Source: Tubiluchus corallicola (lineage: Eukaryota; Animalia; Priapulida). Taken from it: a stretch of 64,000 bases of DNA. The stretch is taken from assembly GCA_030141605.1 (NCBI GenBank), contig JAQGDQ010000109.1, positions 62,001 through 126,000 of the forward strand. Reading direction: 5' to 3'. Below are positions 58,721 through 64,000 of this stretch, in pieces. The notes below the pieces were generated by a model. That model did no database searches and had not been told where the DNA came from. It saw nothing but the letters and a program-made list of their open reading frames with translations. Position 1 is the first letter of the stretch; every line of letters begins with the position of its first letter. Both the position numbers and the translations under genes were made by a program.

Positions 58721-61700
58721 GTTTGACACTGTTAACTGGATCAAGCTAGTGTAGCCATAAAGCAATTATTAAAATTACTCATGTCTGACGCCTATTATAA
58801 GGCTGAGTGTAATTTTTATAGTTACGTGAGGGCAACGAATCACAGTTATAAGGCATACACACAAACATAACTATTCACATTACGTAACTATGCAGACACA
58901 TTACATAAATAGCTATTATGTTATAACAAATTAGATTGCCTCTTATTAGGTTGGCTGTACATCGGCCGAGTGTGCAAGGATAGCAGAAGAGTTAATAAGG
59001 TCAGTATCAGCATAGGCGCAGGATCGATGACATGCTTAACTAAACTGAATGAGCTGTAAGACTTTTTAACCCTGCATAACAGGAATCTAATATAGGTTCC
59101 ACGCAACGTTCTTGAGGCATTTTATACTGACGTGTAGTTCACAACTAATTTTGTTATATTATGTAAAAGTGCAAGCTTCCCTTTTGAATAGAGAGCCGTT
59201 CTCAAGCTGCCCTCGGTTACACATGCAATTTAATGGTTCATTTCTGTTTCAACATAAGGAGCTCAAACGGGAGTTGTTATTTTCCCGTATCCTTACGTTT
59301 GTCTTGTAACTTGCATTAACATCCAATATGACTACTAAGTCGCAGCATCTCAGATTCATTATCACTTAGATGTGCTAACAGAACAAAACATGATTACACT
59401 AGTTGACTCAGTAACACGCCACACGCTAGTTGAGACGGTGGTAAGTTGTGGACTTAAATTCCGTTCTTTATATCTGTTATCTGACTATCTCTTGAATTAG
59501 TTGAGTGGCTGACCAGGGAGCCTAACTGACTGACTAACTTATTTCCTTGGCTGATACGTCGGTAATTAGTTGGTCAGTAGCGTGGTTAGTTGGTCGGTTG
59601 GCCTGTCGGTCAGTCAGTTGGTTGTCGGACGGTCGGTTGGTTCAGTGCCTATTTTGCTGTTTAACTAAATGACAAACAGACTAACTGGTTAGCTGACAGA
59701 CTCATTTATCGAGTGATTAATCAGGCAAGAATGTCAGATATCTTAAAAACCTTGACTCGTGGTAATGAAGGTGGTGATAATTAGCAAAGGTTTCATCACA
59801 TGCTCTCCTGTATTCATCAATCATACAAGCAGCATTTTGCTAGGACGGATAATTCTCCTTAAACAACTCTTTCAAGTATCGACAGTTGAAGCAGCATGTA
59901 TCCATGTACCTGTCAATGGTCTGAAGTAATTAGCTATCTTGTTTTGAGAAAATGTAGGAAAACTTCAAATCTGAGACGACAACTGATGGGTTAAATCTAT
60001 GATGAATGAGTCACTTAGTGTCCCAGAGAGGGTTCCTCTTCTATCTCGCCAGACATTTTGTATGTTACTCATTAATGACTGTTTACTTTGAGTTGTAAGC
60101 TCTACAGTTGCCAAACGTAAGGGAAATTTTCCAAAACCACTTCAGTTTTTAGTCAAAGATTAATGAAAATTAACTTTTTAACATATTTGTAGTTTTGTAG
60201 ACATATTTAAGTAGTAATTTTACTGTTTGTGTCTCTCCCATGCCTATTTTAACCTATCTCGTTTATTATTGTACATATATTATTGTTTTATGCAGTTAAT
60301 TTTATTATGCAATTAATTTTTATTGTATGTATGGATACTTTAATAAGAAAAAATAAAAATAAAGAATAACTGCTAAAAACATAAGTATGCTTAAAATTTT
60401 TGTCTCTAACTGCCGGTCGGATCATTAAAGTGACACTGCATGGGCTTTAAACTTTTGCTCTATCTCATCAGCCTATTATTCAATCAGCCATCCATGCATC
60501 CAAAAATTAGCCGACAAATGAGCAAACAGTTTGCCAAATAGTGAATTATGTTGATCTCTCAGTCGGGAATCGAAGTCTTGTTATACATATATAACAATAT
60601 AAGTGTTGTAACAATAAACATTCTTACTGACGCGACGCATAGAAATCAGAGCTGCTTGAGACGAAAAAGAACCATGAAATTAATACGGTTAAAATTTCTT
60701 TTACACAGGCAATGTACCTCGGTTTGTGGAGTGAACTTTTCAACAGTGGCTCTCTCACCTTGCTAATTTTCGATCATCTTACAATTAAAGGAAACCAGCT
60801 CAAATCTGACAGCAAACAAGACTTTTTACAGACTTTAAACATTGTAATTACCGCAACTCCGCACACTTACTTCATTCTCATTAAAAACGTTTTGCATTGC
60901 AGGGTGCCAGGTTGCGGTTCATTTTCATCAGTAAAATTAATATTTGATGACGTTTTACTAAGTCACCTATGCAGTAACTGCTTGAATTTATTTACCTATC
61001 ACTTTTTCTTGTTTTATTTAGTGTGCTTAAAACCGCGCAAATGCAAATTTCATTTGATAATGATAATAAATTGCTGACTTACTTACTTGCTTTGTTCTCT
61101 CACTCACGCATTCGTTCGCTCACTCATACACGACTCATTCACTAACTCACTTTCTTACTTTACTTACTTGCTTTATTTTGCCTTTTATTTTAAACTTAAG
61201 TCGTAACTGACGATGACTTCCAAGTGTCAAATTAACACGTCATTAATGAGAATAAGGTAGCAATGTTTTTGTTACAAACATGTATATATATTGTTCTTTA
61301 TAGTGAGTTGTGTTATTGTATTTTGCCGTTTTGGTTTTATTAGGCCATAAAGAGAGGGAAATTGTAATACTAATAGTGTTTGTGTGTAGAATTGATACTT
61401 CCAAGTGTTTTGTTTGCCGAACTTTTCAACTAGCCGCAACAAAACGAACGTGATTTCATTTCCCGTGTTGGTCAAGGTTGGCTTCGTCGTGTTGGTTGAC
61501 TCAGCTTCATTCACTCTGTCACGCCATAAGATTTACACCGACAGTCACCTTGTGAAGAAAAGCGTGTCTTTCTCTTCAACTCCAATTTCCTTCACTGTGT
61601 ATTGTAATCTGTGTGTAAGACAGCAAGACAAGATCTTGTAGAAGACAGTTTGACTGTACGTAATCGCTGTTATTATTGTGATGCGTCCACAAGAAGTGAA

Positions 61701-64000
61701 TAATGATGCATTTGTCTTGGGCAGATGATCTTCTTCCAATTATTTTCGGTTATGACTACATCGAGCAATTTATAAGTATAGTCAGGGGGAATTTTACTAT
61801 CATGACCACTTTGCACACATAAATACGCGTAGGTCAATTATATGGCAGCTGGTATGGAGACCTATGATGACGTGCAAACATGGCGGTGTTGTAAAATGCA
61901 TTTGTAAATATAATTTTGTGCCACAAGGTGTGTACAATATCACACTGTATAGGCTTAATAAAAAGATATACCCATATTATGTTATGGCTAGCATTTTAGC
62001 CCTGTAATTAGTTCTTTATAACTACGTAGGGCCTACCTTATGAGCAGTGTAAAAGCATGCAAAACTGGAAAACGTTTATTTGGCCAGTTGCAAACTTTTA
62101 TTGCAATAGACCTAATCACTTAATTGATACTATCATGTAATATTACAGAGTGTACACTAATTTGCAGCTAGCTAGACCGTTACAAGAAAATGCAAAACAT
62201 TGCATTAGCTATAGCAGACCTAAACTGTAGAATTCATTACCCCCCAAAGTAAAGTGCCAGTATATTATTTGCTGCTTCAAATCTCGAGTTAAACAATATC
62301 TGTTTGCTAGTTAAGTAAATTGGTCTCGATAACTACCTATTATTCCTGTATGACACAGCAGTCACAAACTTGTGCTCTTTTTTGAGTATAACTTAAAGCG
62401 CCTATTGAGCTCATTGAGCTGAATCTTCACAAGCTACTCTTCCTATCTTTTTCAACATTCTGTTATTCTGTTCTTGTTTTACACAATTAAACTGCCTAAA
62501 ACATCGTTTTTTTTTTCTTTTTTTTTAAATTATTATATTGATGTGCTTACAGTGGCACAATACAAGCGCCCAAAAGCTTTTACTTCTGGTTCTAGCCATC
62601 AATGATATATGCATGCTGTGTTATCATAATCATTAATATTAACTATATACTTTTTTCATTGTTTCCATAGATTGTATTGTATGACTGTATTTCCAAAAAC
62701 AAATATATTACTAAAACCCCTTAGTTAGATAAAACACAAAAAAATCTTCTTGTAGTGTTGTAATATTGTATCACCTACATACTAACTTATTGTGCACAGG
62801 ACTTGTGTTAGAGAAACGCTGTATAAAACTTGAATATCTAAACTACCACGATAACAATTAGGCACAGCTATTTTAACAATACGAAGTTTGCATCAAGTTA
62901 GATAACACTGCGGAAAATTTGAAGAATAAATCATACGTAGCACTTTTTTCGCTAAGTATGTAAATATTTAACACCCAGCATATTACAATAATTTAAAGGG
63001 ACTGCCGAAACAAGGTCAGAAAGGGGTTCTAGAGTCTATTAGCTATGAATTACTAAAAAAACTTACCGTACAAATGTTGACTAGAAACCCACGTTTACTG
63101 ACTTTTAATCAACAGTTAAATTTAAAGGGAGTTAGGCTATGAAGAAGTGTTTATCAACTAGGATTCGAGCCTGTAATCTTGTGGCATTTCATCACACGCT
63201 CTATTTATTTGAGCTATCAATTTACATGGCTAAGGCAGGTCTGAATTCTATACAAGTCAGCAGGTAATCCGTCAGAAATAATTTTTAGCTGTCCATGAAG
63301 CTTTAACTCTTTTGGTTACAGCAATTACAATAATGTGGTTTGCAAAGAACAGAGAGGAAATCGAAGAAAACTAACTAACCAACATCTAGCAAATGTGTTT
63401 TCTTTTAACCGAAACGACTTTGAATCTATTTGAAAAAATCATTTTTTCTTTCTGGTAGTTCTTACTAAGCTTTGAATTTTGAACAAAATATTTGACTTTG
63501 TAAAACAGCGTATTGATACACATAAGTGTTTTTTAAAATCATTTAGACTGACGCTGAATTACGCATACATTATTATGCGTATAATACGTCATATTTTCAA
63601 CTCGTACTTTTGCTAAACAGCACACTTGTGTGAATGTTGCTAAACAAGTCGAACACATTTATTTGCTGTTTGCTAAAGCAAATTTTCAAACAAATTGTTC
63701 ACAAAGAAACACAGGTGATGAAAAGACATGATGTAATGTAATGATTGCATGGACTCAAACACACATTCATTCTAGAGTTGGCAATCAGGAGATGAGAAGC
63801 TATTGTGAAGCCGTTAGTCATTCATATGTTTGCAAACATGTGATGTTGATTGGCAGTGATCTCAAGGTTGTCTTTGCATAAGCCGGAGCCTCTAGAGTGA
63901 TTGTGGATGTACGGACAAGCTAAAGTGGAGCAAATACAGGAACTTTGGTTCTGCTGGAACTCGAAGTCTGAACGATGTCGCGTGACAAAATTACTTTCAG

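Larger units (their letters stand above)
55185..59352. repeat. Diverged inverted repeat pair of about 400-450 bp (55185-55630 and 58966-59352)
   Basis: Shared in opposite orientation: GATGCTGC, GCAAGTTACAA..CAAACGTAA, GGCAGCTTGAG, AACAAAATTAGTTG.GAA, TTAGATTCCTGTTAT.CAGG.TTAAAA, AGTTAAGCATGTCAT.GATC, CTCTTCTGC.ATCCT.GCACAC. Confidence 0.8.

Noticed and set aside
61272-61739. Adjacent minus-strand ORFs resembling a broken coding region
   Set aside because: Interrupted by stops; no identifiable family or splice structure.

Overview
AT-rich, intron-containing animal (probably protostome invertebrate) genomic DNA, rich in microsatellites and decayed transposons; most ORFs in the supplied track are artefacts. 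By splicing GT-AG exons by hand I can reconstruct four genes. (1-3) A cluster of three paralogues encoding secreted proteins of architecture signal peptide - Ig - Ig - Ig - globular C1q. Gene A (minus strand, 2562 to <38) runs off the left edge. Gene B (minus, 13209-5226, 451 aa) and gene C (plus, 14757-22591, 450 aa) are complete and head-to-head, and every intron is phase 1. The signal and C1q exons are absent from the ORF track. (4) A myoinhibitory peptide/allatostatin-B-like neuropeptide precursor (minus, 39549-33639, 191 aa). Five of its six amidated peptides end W(X6)F-amide rather than W(X6)W-amide, and a last exon 5.3 kb away completes a canonical C-terminal EF-hand. The rest (about 23-33 kb and 41-64 kb) has no supportable genes: LINE fragments (CR1/L2/RTE-like), tRNA-derived SINEs, hAT-type MITEs (one carrying a gag zinc knuckle), a foldback-like palindromic array and simple repeats. 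All coordinates and translations were derived by eye; no database searches were run.
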